A stretch of DNA of 64,000 nt from Utricularia gibba. Taxonomy: Eukaryota > Plantae > Magnoliophyta. The translations under genes were made by a program, and so were the position numbers. The notes beneath the pieces are model-generated. The model had not been told where the DNA came from. It did no database searches and saw only the letters and a list, made by a program, of their open reading frames with translations. Positions within the stretch are counted from its first letter, which is position 1, and the number at the start of each line of letters is the position of its first letter. Where the stretch lies: assembly GCA_002189035.1 (NCBI GenBank), contig CM007989.1, forward strand, positions 6,138,001 to 6,202,000, in the 5' to 3' direction. Of this stretch, positions 12,540 through 25,405 are shown piece after piece.

Positions 12540-13665
12540 CTGATGCATAAATCCTATGAGGATTCAAGTTTTAAGGACTTTTCTATTTGGTTTTTAACTT
12601 ATTCCACTTCATACCAACTGAGCCAATTAGATGTATACAAGTAACACCATTGCATGTGTGCCACATGTCCATCTTGCATGTGCGCCACATGTATGTCTTG
12701 CATGTGTGCCACATATTGCATGTAAATATAAGGATGACCTGTAAAAGAGAATATATATGATGAAATTTAGAGTTCTTTCACTCATTTTTGAGTTTTCCAA
12801 AGGCAAGAAGGAGAGTTTGGAATAAAAGGTTACAGTAACAAAGTTGAATGAAAGTTTGGAATTGGTTTAGAGTTTAACGCGCCAAGGTATGTAGCATGAT
12901 TGCTTTTGAAGCTTTACTTATCTTTGAAATTGATTTTTGAAAACTTATCTATGTGATGTTGGTGTTTAATTTTCATTACTTTGGATGTGATTTTGTTTAT
13001 GGTTAGAAATCTTTCACATTGCATGAAAATTGTAACAAAGGAGTAAATTATTTCATGTTATTTCAGAAATTTTTTTTAATCCTAAAAATATGATTCTTTT
13101 CACTGATAGCTACCTTTGTTTTTTTAAGATGGTATGTACAGTTGTATCTTTATGTATTATGTGATAAAGATATAATATGATATGTTATGTATAGATTAAG
13201 TTTGTGATTCTGTGATTAGAGGTGGCTCTCTTGACTATAGAACCATAGACAAGGTACCTTATGTCTCAAGTATCATGATAAAATAGTAATGTCAAGGTTG
13301 AATGACTATGAAAAGTGAGAAAAAAATAGTGATGAAGACTCACAACGTGATTCAAGTTTCTTTTATAAACGCTTTATATTCTTTCATGGTTTTGACTTGT
13401 TTTAAAACTCAAAAGCATAACCACTCTTTATTTATTTTAGGGGAGCAAAAAGAAACTAGTAGAGATCCAATGATCAACCAATTTTTTTCCAAGTTACATT
13501 AGACAAATGCATTTGGACAGAGTCTTATATCTAGTTAATTATGTATTTACCCGTTTTGATGTTGATGGAATGTGTTATGAAAGACACCCTGAGTTCTAGT
13601 TTCTTTTTCTTAGATTGGATGGTCATGACTAATATTTCCCGAGCCCTAAAAGAGGGTTGTGAAAA
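12540..13665 (+). mobile_element. Candidate solo LTR (Tekay/del-like) interrupting the protease region of element A
   Basis: Non-coding 1.1-kb block between LPEK...D and ADLGAS; starts TGATG, ends ...gagggttgtgaaa; internal 24-bp tandem repeat ttgcatgtgtgccacatgt at 12650-12725; TSD only 3/5. Confidence 0.45.
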
Positions 13666-15428
13666 ATCCATTATTTTTTAAGGAATAAAAAACGTAATTG
13701 AATCCTTGTCTTTTCGGGTAGTTTTTGTGTGAGAAGTGCATAGTAGCTTTCACTCAATTTCACCTTTCCCTTTTCTTTCAACTTGTGTTTGGACATACAT
13801 AACTATTTCAAATATTTGACACTCTTCGGTACCAAGTAAATGTACTACAATAGAGTTAATTTCAATTGAATATTTCCCATTGCTTTCCATATTTTCTCAA
13901 CTTTAGTCTTCTTGGAAAAGGAGGGTGGGTCACCTTCGGTATGATAGGTTCTGGAAGTACTTCAATTTCATCTTCATTCTGCACAACTTCATACTCCTTT
14001 CTTTCATTCTCCTTAGTTTCAGTTTGGACCAGTTCTCGTCAATGTTTTTCTATTCCATTCATAAGGGTCATGGCACTGACGTTCGGTCCTCTAGTGGCTT
14101 GGGTTGAGATGGTAAGCTTCCTTTATGTTTTAGTTCCCCAAGCTCTGTTGCCAACTAACTTACTTGAACCTCCAAATTCCGGATGGCTTGTTGATTTTTA
14201 ATTGATTGCACTATGAATGTCTTCAACGTTTCTTCCAAAGAATTTTTAGAATTCCCTCCAACATTGCCTTGATTTGGGGCTTGAAACTGCTGCTAGTTCT
14301 ATTGATTCTTTCTTCGAAATAGAGTTGTTGATATGATCTTTGCTCCTGAAAATTTTTCTGTCCCATGGTTGAGCTCTCCTCTTTGTAGGAATTTTCATTG
14401 TTGTTCCAACAAAAATTTGGATGATCCCTCCAACCTTGTTTCTATATATTTGAATATGGGTCGTATTTCTTCCTTTGTAAGGGCTCTAAATATCCCATAG
14501 ACTTCTAATGCTCTAAATCAAATAAATTTGGGCACTTATTTGCAACATACTCTGTTTTGTGATAGTTTCCACACAACATATTCTTAGCCTACAATAAGAA
14601 TAGCTCCTACATCATTTCTAAGATAGTAACAACATTTTTCGTGAGTTTAGCTTCTGAAACCCTGGGCTTGCTCTCAACTTCATACATTCTCTTATTTGAG
14701 GCCTACTTCCTAATAATATGTCTCGAATGCTCAGCCAATTCCTCAAGCAAGGAAAGAGCTTCGGTTGGTATCTTTTTCCTTCAAAATCCTCCTGCAGCTG
14801 AATCTACCATGGCCCTATTTGTGCATAATAATCCATGATAGAAATATTTGATTAAGGCATTGGCTTAGAAACCATGGTGCAGGCCTGAACCCAAAGGATA
14901 ATTAAATCTTTCCTAATATTCATGTAATGATTCACCACTCATTCGTTCAACATCACCTTCTTCATTCCAACCGAATTGGTTATGCTTCCAAGCCGCAGAG
15001 ACCTTAGAGATTGAACCATATTTTAGCTCCTTCTTCCAAAGTAAATTAGAAGGCTGTCAAACAATTTGAGTCCTCAGTCATTTTTGCTCCCTTGAATGAT
15101 GTACATATTGTTGTCACATTGCCAAGATGCTCATGGGGTTTTCTCCAATTCTCCCATAAATATTGATGATCATAGCTGGCTTGAGCTTGTTTGCTCCATC
15201 ATGTGAAAATCGGATGCATATACCCTTGTAAGTGTGATGAGCAGCATCTAATCTGTTCAAGATCTTCTGAGGTTCAGCCATTCTAAAATCAATGTTGGTC
15301 GCGGTTAAGTGCTACCTCAACTTACTCGCTTTCCTCACTTTCTTCTTGTTCTTGCTAATAGCTCTCTCGATTTCTAGACACAAAACAAGACTACTTGCAC
15401 CAGAAGAATGCAATTGTATCAACCAATT

Positions 15429-16783
15429 TGATAAATAAAAATTTCTAAGTCATTGCAAAAATAAAATTTTTCTCTCAAATAAATTTATAATCCCTAATCC
15501 TCTCTAATAAAAATTAAACTCAAAATGTAAATTGGAATTCAGGATCGATCAGAAGGAGCTAATGCTTGCAATGTATTTTTCTTGATGCAAAATTTGAAAT
15601 AAAAATTTCTCTTAGTTCAATTTCTGACTAACAGCATCACGCAAGTTTAGTAACTAGGATCAAATCCAAATGCAGACAATAACAAATACAAGTTTTGTGC
15701 ACAATGTAATATTATAATACTTCAAGGTGATCTCGATGATGTGGTATTAAGGTACCTAATTCAATCTACAATGTTTTTATATTCATAACTCCAAACAAGC
15801 TAAGTCCACCAATGTCATTTATCATATAGAAGGTTGAAATAGCCCCTAATGTCATTACCCATTCCACACTTAGGTTTACTCATGTGTGAAATATGTAGAA
15901 CTAGATCTACCTGACTCTACTGGTTTTACCTAGGACTAACACCTACTATCCTTGTGTTGATTTGTTTGTCTAACTCTAAATCTAACATGTTAGTTGTGAA
16001 GTTTTTCATTCCCCCCTCATAGGTCTAACTGAAAAATGATAAAAAAGAAAGTTAAGACACATTGATGAATTCTGTTATAAATTCTAGCTCCACACCATCA
16101 TTCTATACCTTAAGATATCATGAAGATTTAGCCAATTATATTTGGTAAGCAAAGCAAGATTGCATAACCATACAATAACGGAAACATCATAAACGTTGTA
16201 AGAAAAACTTTTGTAGAAAATAAATGTCCAACAAATGAGAAATAACGTGAAATAGTTCTATTCTCCTTCTGCTACTATTCACATCCTGGAACAATAGCAT
16301 TAAATTGGGTTCTTGAGCTTGTTCTTCACGTTGAGGCTTTTTCTTCTAGAAAAATCTTCTTCTTCACTTCTTTTCATTCATTCTGAAGCTTCCTATTGTG
16401 TGCTCTTCATTGTTGAAGCTCTTCTTTTTTTTCTCTTTCCTCCCTCGAAAATTCCCAATGTAGGTACTGTTACTGCCTAAACCTGCAAACTGTAGACAGC
16501 AAAACAATGCATTTTGTCCTCTCTATTATGCTATCCAAGTCTGCTACATGATTGCTTGCACGAAATGTCTATCTTCTCCCTCATTTCAGAACCTTGCTAC
16601 TAAACTAGACAAAAGGTTAATGATATGGAATGAACTAAATCCAAAGATTTAGCCACTTAACACTCAAAATCACATCATGCCCTAGACTCTAGTAAAATAC
16701 TAAAAACCATAAGATTAATACTTAAAATATGATTAAAAACCATAATTTTCTTATCCTAAAATCGGAAAACTTGTGTGTTATTA
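15429..16783 (-). repeat. 5' LTR of element A (about 1355 bp)
   Basis: About 80% identical by eye to 5192-6010; followed by a degenerate PBS-like AATTGG; same family as 46145-48766. Confidence 0.8.
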
Positions 16784-17258
16784 AGTGGTATTGTTTGTTT
16801 TATGGTCTGATTTTAGTGTTATTAAAAACCATGAAAATTATGTTTCTCTGGAACATATGTGGTTATTTGCTTATGTATTTTTCTTTTATTTTGGAAGGGG
16901 TTCTTCTTTGTTGTATAAACATATCTTTCTTATTTGTTTTTCATTGTTATGAAAGGTCCAACATGGCATGTTCTTATAGTTATTGATATTTAAAAATCTG
17001 TTTACAATCTTTAAAATCCTTTTGAAGTAGCCTCAATAGTTTTGCTCAAGGGATAAGTGTCTCTATTTATTGTTTTCCAAACAAGTTTTACTCTTTTAAA
17101 GTTTCTTGTTTATGTGCTATATGAACATACTTTAAAAAATGATGAGAGTTGTGGACCCACATTCATAGCAATATGATTTAATCATGAGATTGAAGACTAA
17201 TTATGTTAGACATGTCTAAGGCATGCTTGCGGAGTAAGCCAAACAAAAAAGACTAAAA

Positions 17259-17900
17259 TCAATCAAAATTTGCCGATATATGCGTGACCAAATCATTTTT
17301 TAGCCGTCGGTGGATGCTGGTATCACGTGAATGCTCTATTCGACATAAATAACTTTGCATATTGATCCCAACATTTCTATAAACTTCTAGTGGTTCGACA
17401 ATCATAGTTCTTTCTTTTCCAGTAAATGTATTATCTCCAAGAATGATATGACTTTCATCTTCTACAATCATATTATGCAATATGATACATGCATACATAA
17501 TATTCACACTTCCAAGTATTTTAGGAAATCCCCTAGTCTTTCCTCAAACCAGCAAACACTCCAAGTCTTCTATTGTGGCTGATTGTAAATACTGTTCTAA
17601 AAAATGAGAGGGAATGGCAATAAAAAAATGACAAATACACTCTATGGATTTTGCCTTTCTAATTCAAATATATTCGTCAACACTATCAACACTAGAATCA
17701 TAAGCCATCAAACGCATAACAGCCATGCACTTTTGTAATAGGCTTAAGTTTAGACGACTTGTGCAATCATTTTGAATATATGCAAAATTTCAATCATTTT
17801 GAATCAGACCAATGGAACGGTGGCAAATCAAGCTGAGTCACAATTTTTTGCTGATCAAGTCCCAGATGGATATATGAATGCTGTTCGTGATGCAATTTGT
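17259..17900 (-). pseudogene. PIF/Harbinger DDE transposase remnant with internal deletion
   Basis: LSLLQKCMAVMRLMAY..SVDSVDEY...RGFPKILGS fused directly to IMYACIILHNMIVEDE...IHRRLKNDLVTHI; several stops. Confidence 0.8.
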
Positions 17901-18333
17901 GCATCCATAGTATCAAATTACTAGTACTTTTATTTATAATGATGTGTGTTAAATATATTGATATTTAAATATGTTATTTTAATTTTTTTTTACATTTAGT
18001 ATATATATATATATATATTAAATTAATAAAAATTTATAATTTCAATAATCAAAATATTTAGATTTATGTAAATGTATTTTATAACCACAAAATGTTCATA
18101 TATGCTTATTAAACAAAAACATTCATATTTACACTTAGTTAATAATAACAATTTAAGGGATAAAATAGTCTTTAACAAAAGAATAACTTAACATATTTAA
18201 ATTCTAACAATTTAATTTTTAAGTTTTTAATACATATATCAAATCAAACACTACATACTTATAAGTGACTTATTTCATTAACTTAAAAGTTAATAATAAT
18301 AAAAGTCATGTAAAACAGGCCCATTGATAATAA

Positions 18334-19343
18334 TTGTATTTTCTTAGAAAATTCCTATTTTCCTATTTTGCATATATTTTCTTTTTTTTTTCGTGCTCTT
18401 TGACCGAGACATGTCAGGAGACTGTTGTGGAGTGTTGCAAGAGTATTGCAAGTGGTCAGAGTCTGACTTTTCATGACTTGTACACGACTTGGAACAATTG
18501 TGGGCGGAAGATTGACACTGGTCAAGACCCTTGACTTACGACATGTCAGAGTTTGCAGTAATGATTGAGCGCTAACTTTCATGGCCCTTTTGGACTAAAA
18601 ACATTTAGTTTCTGGGAAGTAGATGAAGTTTCCTTCCAAGTCCTGAGCAATACACTCGGTTCTTCGTTGAATTCAATTCGGATTCTTCATACTTCCACGC
18701 GTTTTGTTACAGTCTTTCTATAATGACTCCTAATCAAGGTCCATGAGTAGCAGGCCACTCTTCGCGGATTTTGGTGAAGATCAAGTTGAAGAGCAACAAC
18801 TCCAACCCTGCTGGTTTGAGGGAAGTAGCGGATTGTTTGTGGCCTAGGTACTGTGACAGTGGACAGGTTGTGACCTCGGACCTACCACTGGCCATTGGCA
18901 ACAGCTGGGCACACGCGCGCAATTCGGTTTTGAAGGCAATTGAAGGCAATCCTCTTGTCTTCTTAATCGTCCAAGGGGGGATCACATAAGGCTATTCTCG
19001 TGCCTCCTTGTCAATCAGAGTGTAAGGGAGAGTAGGCTATTCCTTGCTCCTATAACCAGCTATTCGAAAGAAATCAGTGAAAACCGAGGCAAGGACGGAC
19101 AAAAGAAGTAGATGGAATCTTATTCCTAGAAATTGCGTCCCGTAGTCAAGGCCCATCACTTAGGTTGTAATTTTAATTTTTGTATCTTAAAAACCCCATT
19201 TTTCAAAATTGTGACATTTTGTGAAAGTTTCTTACAAACACTTTTTACGAAAAACAACTCCCTGTGATCGATACTCGTACTACGTTTTTTGTGTTTTAGG
19301 TTTTATAAATATTTAAAATTTGTTGAGGAAATGACATGCAACA
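18334..19343 (+). mobile_element. Family C LTR, 5'-truncated and internally deleted
   Basis: Matches 10600-10360 and 8950-8194 in reverse; ends GAGGAAATGACATGCAACA; no TSD found. Confidence 0.88.
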
Positions 19344-19479
19344 TTGGTTTTAAATATTTTACCGTTGGCTTAAATCTAATGATTTCCCTTTCTTAATTGT
19401 TGATTTTATGATTGAATTTATTTATTTGCATTTTAGATGAAAAAATTTATATATGAGTATCATATCTCTTTTGATTGTC

Positions 19480-20810
19480 AATTATTTTTCATCTTAAAAG
19501 ATTATGACAGTGAACCAACTCATATTGAACATGAAGATCATCTTGGACCTTCAAGAGCATGTTACTTACAACTATAGGCTTGATCATGATGCTGATCAAG
19601 TTGACTGTTTTTGTATTTGTTACTTTGATGTACTTAGTCAAACTCCATGATATTATCATATAAAACATCACTTTACATCTAGTCAAACCTTTTGGACTTG
19701 ATTTTATGACAATCAAGCTTTCCAATTCACTATAGAGTAGCACAATTTACACAAAACGAACACAATTCCATTGATTCATACATTTGAAAAAGTCATGTAC
19801 TTGAACTATGATCTAATCTTGATTCCTTGTACCTCATAGATTCATTCACTTGCTTTTGTGCTATCTAAACTGAACCACACCTTGATGATCCATGCTCCAT
19901 CATCAAGAATGCCTACTTGAAAATTGCTACACATCATAGAACTCAACTACCAAAATCAGGTAACTCTAGAGCCTCTGCATCAATTTACTTCTAATTTGCC
20001 GATGAGCATAGGCCCACTTCATATTGTAGTTTAGAAAACTTCTGGTTTGTCAATTTTGTGTATATGATATCTAGATGCACTAGTCTTATCAACTAAAAAT
20101 TTTGTAAACCCTACACTATTAATATGGGAAAACAATTAGTTTTCAAAGTTGTAGGGGTAGAGGATTTGATGATCTGCAATAACATGGGACCTTGTTGCAA
20201 CTAAGAGATGTGTAGCACATACATTTATTGAAGGTGAATTTTTGTATAATTGATATAGTCTTGACTATAAGATTTGGAAGCCAATTAAGGGATCCATGAT
20301 AGTGGCAAAAGATATACAGTTTAAAAGTTACATAAAAATAAGTTGAAGCATGGGACTACAAAAATCAATGTTGATTTACATGTATCTTATGATCTTTGGC
20401 ACAAAAGAATGCAGCATTTGTTAGAGTTAGGAATATAGAGATTATTCGATAGGGCTTAATTGAGTCTATCAGTGCCTCATGTGTAATAGTTGTCTTTATG
20501 GAAAGTAATAGAAAGTGGCATTTCGATCAAGTTTCTAGAAGCACATAAAGAAATTTGGATATTGATGGTTTAACATAAAGTGCATATACATCTACATAAA
20601 ACCACATACTTACCGAATCATTATCAAAGAAAGTAAATATATTAATCTTATCCTCACTCTTATCAAACTTCCTCATTAGCATGACAACCCATTTTGCTTG
20701 AAATTGGTTCGTCCCAAGACTCAACATGTAATCACTTAATAAATTTGCATAGCCTTGGATTATTATAATTACCTTCTTAGTGTTATATGTGAAATGAGGC
20801 TGCATCTATT
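19480..20810. mobile_element. Rearranged Ty1/copia pol remnant
   Basis: RT-like LDVK segment on minus (19480-19950), protease/GAG-pre-integrase LWHKRMQH..C..C..GK on plus (20040-20560), RT FYVDVYAL (YVDD-like) on minus (20560-20800). Confidence 0.6.
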
Positions 20811-20956
20811 AAATTTGTTCCCATTAAATAAAATGAGGTATTTTCTTTAGAATGGACAATTTGAATTTTAAGGATCAGAAATTTTAATCGAAAATACTTT
20901 TATAATTTCATACTTTATTGTTTCTATTCCTAAAACAATATAATGGTATCTCCTAT

Positions 20957-21130
20957 TGTTAAGTGTCATTTTGTTATTATCTTTTAGGTCATTTTATATA
21001 TCCAAATGTAATTAGAATTATTAAATTGTGGGTTTATAATATAAGTTTTAAATTTTCTCTAGATTAGGTTAGTTATCTTAATTTCTGTAATTTATTTAAT
21101 GTTTTGGTTTAGTTTTATTGAAGTTTTGTC
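20957..21130 (+). repeat. 5' end fragment of a family C-like LTR
   Basis: Begins TGTTAAGTGTCATTTT like the other family C LTRs. Confidence 0.5.
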
Positions 21131-22533
21131 AAAAGTGAACATGTGATAGAAAGAGGAGATATTGAGCAAAAGGAGACAAAATACATCTTCTCAAAGTGAT
21201 ATCTCCTTGATTTTTGGAGAATTGTCGATTCCTAATGATCAACTTTGATGCACAGTACACGCGAGCCTCTCACAGAAGAAATTATTAATATATCAATGTA
21301 AAATGAGGAGACCCCTTGCAAGTCGTTTGATAACAACGTTTTTATTGTGTTTTTATATATGTTTTTAAGTGTGTTTTGTAGGGTTAAATGTTGCTTAGGG
21401 TGCTAAAATGTCTTTTTTTATGCATTCAGTCTGTTAAAATGTGTTTATTGTGAAAATATGCTCAATTGGCAACAATTGAGCCGAAAATTCTAATATTTCG
21501 TCTAGTCTGTGTTTTAAGTCTTACCAAGGTAAGAGCTAGTACTGCAGCAACGTACTTTCCGCGTTGAAAAAGGGACAGAAAAGCTGTGCAAAAGCCACTT
21601 TCCACCGAAAGTAACCACCCTTCTAAAGAGATAAGATATGGAATAGAGATCTCCCTTCTAGAAGAATGAGGAAAAGACCAAGCTACCCTTAATTTTGAGC
21701 TGCAAAAGGGAAAATGAAGGGAGAGAAGAAAAGAGAGTACACTGCACGCAGAGTGCACAGACAGCGACCAGGAGCAAGCGGGAACGAGGAGAACATCGTT
21801 TCTCCGGCGAAAGTCTCTGACGACCTCCAGATCTGCATGTCTAGACCACCGTTCCGGCCAGAACTTCGATTTCCAGCCCACAGAAGCATCCTGCAACTTT
21901 TATTTATAGATTTCTGCACTCCCTTTCCTGCGTGAACTTGCTACTGTTATTGTCGTCGTTTTTATGCTTTCTGTTGTGTTTCGGTATCCTGTTGTGAACG
22001 AGAAACTAGTTGTAGACCTTGTTTTAGCTTATGAACATGCTGTTGTTTACCCATTTCATGCTTTCCCTTAAGTTTAACGCGATTTACTGTTCTTGTGAAC
22101 CATGCTCTGTTTCTGCAAACCAATACTCTGTTTTTAAGCATTCAGAAGCTAGGTTTAAGTCTATAGGCTCTCTTGAGTGACACAAGAACTAGACCCTGAT
22201 GTAAAACCCAGACAAATTACTTTTATTTTATGTTTTCTGCACCTTCACGTCAATTTCAATCCCTTTTCACCCCTGCAACTTGTTTATTCCAGTTACTATT
22301 ATTTTAGATCTTACCTGCGTTAGAACTAAACTCCATAAAACCCCCATGTTTCCAGTAAATGTGTTAAACTTCAGGAAATTACTACCATTCCCTGTGGATT
22401 CGACCCTTGCTTGCCACACTACATTAATTCCCATGATTTTTGTAGTAGAATAGCTAGGTTTATAAATTTCTTTTGATGCATTGAATGTGCTAAACCACGA
22501 CATTTAGCAACCCCATCCCAACGTTCATCAAAA

Positions 22534-22550
22534 TGGCGCCATTGCCAGGG
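22534..22550 (+). promoter_or_regulatory. Primer-binding site (tRNA-Asp type) of element B
   Basis: TGGCGCCATTGCCAGGG 3 nt after the LTR end; Athila consensus TGGCGCCGTTGCCGGGG. Confidence 0.85.
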
Positions 22551-22573
22551 AATGATGTCTGTTAATTTTTCTG

Positions 22574-25405
22574 TTGTTAATGCATTTACGTTCCCTTTCA
22601 AATCCACTTGAACCCCTTGATTTGGAGATCGAGAGGACCGAAAAATTACTGAAAAAGAAGCACAAACAAAGTCAGCAAGAGGCTAAGTTGAGAGCCGAAG
22701 AGATTGCTGAAAACCCATCAAATAACCAACAGCTTGTGAATATTTTGGAGAAGACTATTGGAGAGTATGAGTCACCAGATCATACATACCGAGGGCACTG
22801 CATTACCTTTCCTACAGCAGCAATTAATTTGGAGTTGAGGCCAGGAACCCTTGCTATGTTTCCTAAGTATTATGGGAACAAGAATAAGGATCCTCATATG
22901 CATATTGAAGATTGTATTGCTGTTGGAACTGTGCTGCGACCCAAGGACGTGACTGAGGATGATTTACTACTTAGAGTCTTCCAATTTACTCTTAAAGGAC
23001 ATGCCAAGACTTGGTTCAACACACTTGAACCTGGAAGTATTAGAAGTTGGATGGAAATGAAGAAAGCATTTTTAAATCAGTTTTTTCCTACCTCTAGAGC
23101 AGACGAAATTCGAAGAAAAATTGAAAATATTTTTCAGGATTATAATGAGTCTCTACATGAGTATTGGGACAGGTTCACAACTCTCCTTTCGAGCTGCCCA
23201 CATCATGGATTTGATAAATTAAAACAAGTGAAATGTTTTTTGAAGGGTTTGGCTACTGCTCAAAGAGATAAGTTGGATTCTGTTGCACATGGTAATATGA
23301 GAACTCTTACCCCATCTGAAGGCTGGGAGAAAATTAAAGAAATGATTGGTCATTCCAGGCATTCTCAGTTTCGATCTCGAGCCCAACAACAAGTGAATGA
23401 AATGGGAATTCTAAGAGAAGATGAAGCAGCAAGGCAGGACAAGGATATTGTTGAATTGAAGGATATGGTAAAAGGATTATTTCTTGTTCATGCCAAATCC
23501 ATGCCTTGTGAAGTTTGTGGTATTTTGGGGCATACTCCTGACCATTGCTCCATGAAAGGAAATCTGGAAGAACCACTTTCAATGGGGTACATGAATAATA
23601 GAGCTGATTATTTCAAGCCCAAAAATGACCAACGATTTGAGCCTATGAGGAGTCATCCCAATTTCAGTTGGAGAAGCACCAATGTTGAAAATCCACAACA
23701 TCTGGGATTCACTCAACCGTAGCAGCAACCAGCTCCACCAATTTCGTTTCAGCAAGGGAATAGGCATCAAAGTAGGCCTTATCAACCCCCACATCAGAGA
23801 GTTGACCAGCCAAGCACTTCAGGTTTTAAACCACCTCCTCCAACTGAAGAAATGATGAAGATGATGCTGGAAAACATGGCCAGACGCGATGCTGAACAAG
23901 CAAAAAGGGATGCTGAATCTGAGAAGATGATGAAGAGTCTTGAGAGACAAATTGGCCAACTTGCTATAGAGCTCGCTGAACTGAAAGGAAATTCAGGGAA
24001 ATTACTATCTCAGCCCAATGCTAATCCGAAGGCCAACATTTCTACTATAGAACTTCGTGGGGGAAAGCAGCTCCCTGGCCGGAAAGCCCCTACAAGCCAC
24101 AGCAAAGCAGCAGAAGGGATTCAAATTAATTCTGAAGATAAGGTGCAGCATGAAAAGGCAGCAAGGGAACTTGTTGTTGAGATCAAGAAGACGCCTCCTT
24201 TTCATGGAAGATTGCAAGCTCGAGCAAGGCAAGAAGAAAAGGACTCTATCATTTCAGCCTTGGACTCTGCAATGATCACCATGAAGGCTGTAGATTATTT
24301 AAAGCAAGTGCCGAAAGGGATGAAAGTATTGAAGGACTTGTGTAGTTCGAAGAGGAAAAGCAAGGATGAGGACGTGATCAAAGTCAATGCTCAAGTCTCC
24401 GCATACCTGACCCAACCGATGCCAGAAAAATGTTCAGACCCTGGAACATTTTTTGTTCCTATCCAGGTAGGAACTAAATTCATCAGTAGGGCAATGGCAG
24501 ATCAAGGCGCTTCAATCAACATGATGCCTTATGAAGTTTATTTGGCACTGGATTTGGAACCCCTCAGGCCAACCAACTTGAAATTACAACTTGCAACCAG
24601 ATCCATGGCCATTCCGGAGGGTATTGCTGAAGATGTTCTTGTTAGAGTTTCTAACACCTGTTATCCTTGCGATTTTGTTGTTGTTAAAATGCCTCCATCT
24701 AGGGTGAATGATAATACTTTAATTCTAGGACGCCCTTTCTTAGCTACTGCAAATGCTCAAATTGATTGTAGGAAAGGAGCCATTACTATTGGTTATGCTG
24801 ATGATATTTCTATCTTTAAGACCAATGAAACTGAAAAGTTCCCTGATGCTTTTGCACTTGTGACTGGAGTTGATGTCATTGATGAATTAGTAGAGGAAGT
24901 TTTTGATGAAGAGCAGCATGATATTCTTGAATTGTTTAGACAAGATGTTGAACTTGAAGAGGAGGAAGCTGAGCATGTAATTCTGGAATGTTTCATTGAA
25001 GATAAAGACTTGGTGAAGCTTGGAGAGGTGACTAGTGTTGCATCACTAGAATTGAAACCCTTGTCTTCACATCTCAAGTATGCATTTATTGGTGACAATT
25101 CAAAGCGAGTGATTATTAGTGCTGATCTTTCTTGTGAAGAAGAGATGAAGTTGATGGACGTTCTTAAGGCTAACAGCAAGGCTATTGGCTGGACGCTGGA
25201 TGATATAACTGGAATTAGCTCTTCTGTCACAATGCATAAGATTTATCTTGAAGACAGAACAAAACCAGTTAGATAACCTCAGAGAAGGCTTAATCCGACC
25301 CTCATGGAGGTTGTGAAGAAGGAAATCCAGAAGCTATTGAAAGCTGGAGTGATTTACTCGATTTCTGATAGTACGTGGGTAAGTCCTATCCACGTAGTCC
25401 CTAAA
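22574..25405 (+). pseudogene. gag-pol polyprotein of element B, two premature stops, 3' truncated
   Basis: PLDLEIERT start, retrotransposon gag domain, CX2CX4HX4C knuckle (CEVCGILGHTPDHC), protease DQGASIN, RT start PQRRLNP..EVVKKEI.KLL.AG; stops at 23720-23722 (TAG) and 25274-25276 (TAA) in the same frame, no frameshift. Confidence 0.92.

Larger units (their letters stand above)
5192..16783 (-). mobile_element. Degenerate near-full-length Athila-type Ty3/gypsy LTR retrotransposon (element A) with nested insertions
   Basis: Minus-strand order gag (about 15290-13700), protease (D-L-G-A-S-like, about 12530-12150), RT (HYPLSFIHKMLEKL...NASTTFQRC, about 11750-11000), RNase H (KPRLI..VLLVQEFD...ENLVADHL), integrase (FANLANF...GHH..RTARKIL..RFYWP; LQLSELEELRN...KLKSRWIGPF, 8090-6930). 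LTR termini T(G/A)ATAACAC...TTTATCA; flanks ATTGG (5187-5191) and AGTGG (16784-16788) form a 4/5 TSD. Confidence 0.85.
21328..25405 (+). mobile_element. 5' half of an Athila-type Ty3/gypsy element (element B): LTR-PBS-gag-protease-start of RT
   Basis: LTR 21328-22530 (TGATAAC...CATCA, U5 GGATTCGACCC), PBS, then one reading frame gag-PR-RT truncated at VSPIHVVPK. Confidence 0.9.

Noticed and set aside
22534-22550. tRNA-like sequence
   Set aside because: Only the PBS complementary to a tRNA 3' end, not a tRNA gene
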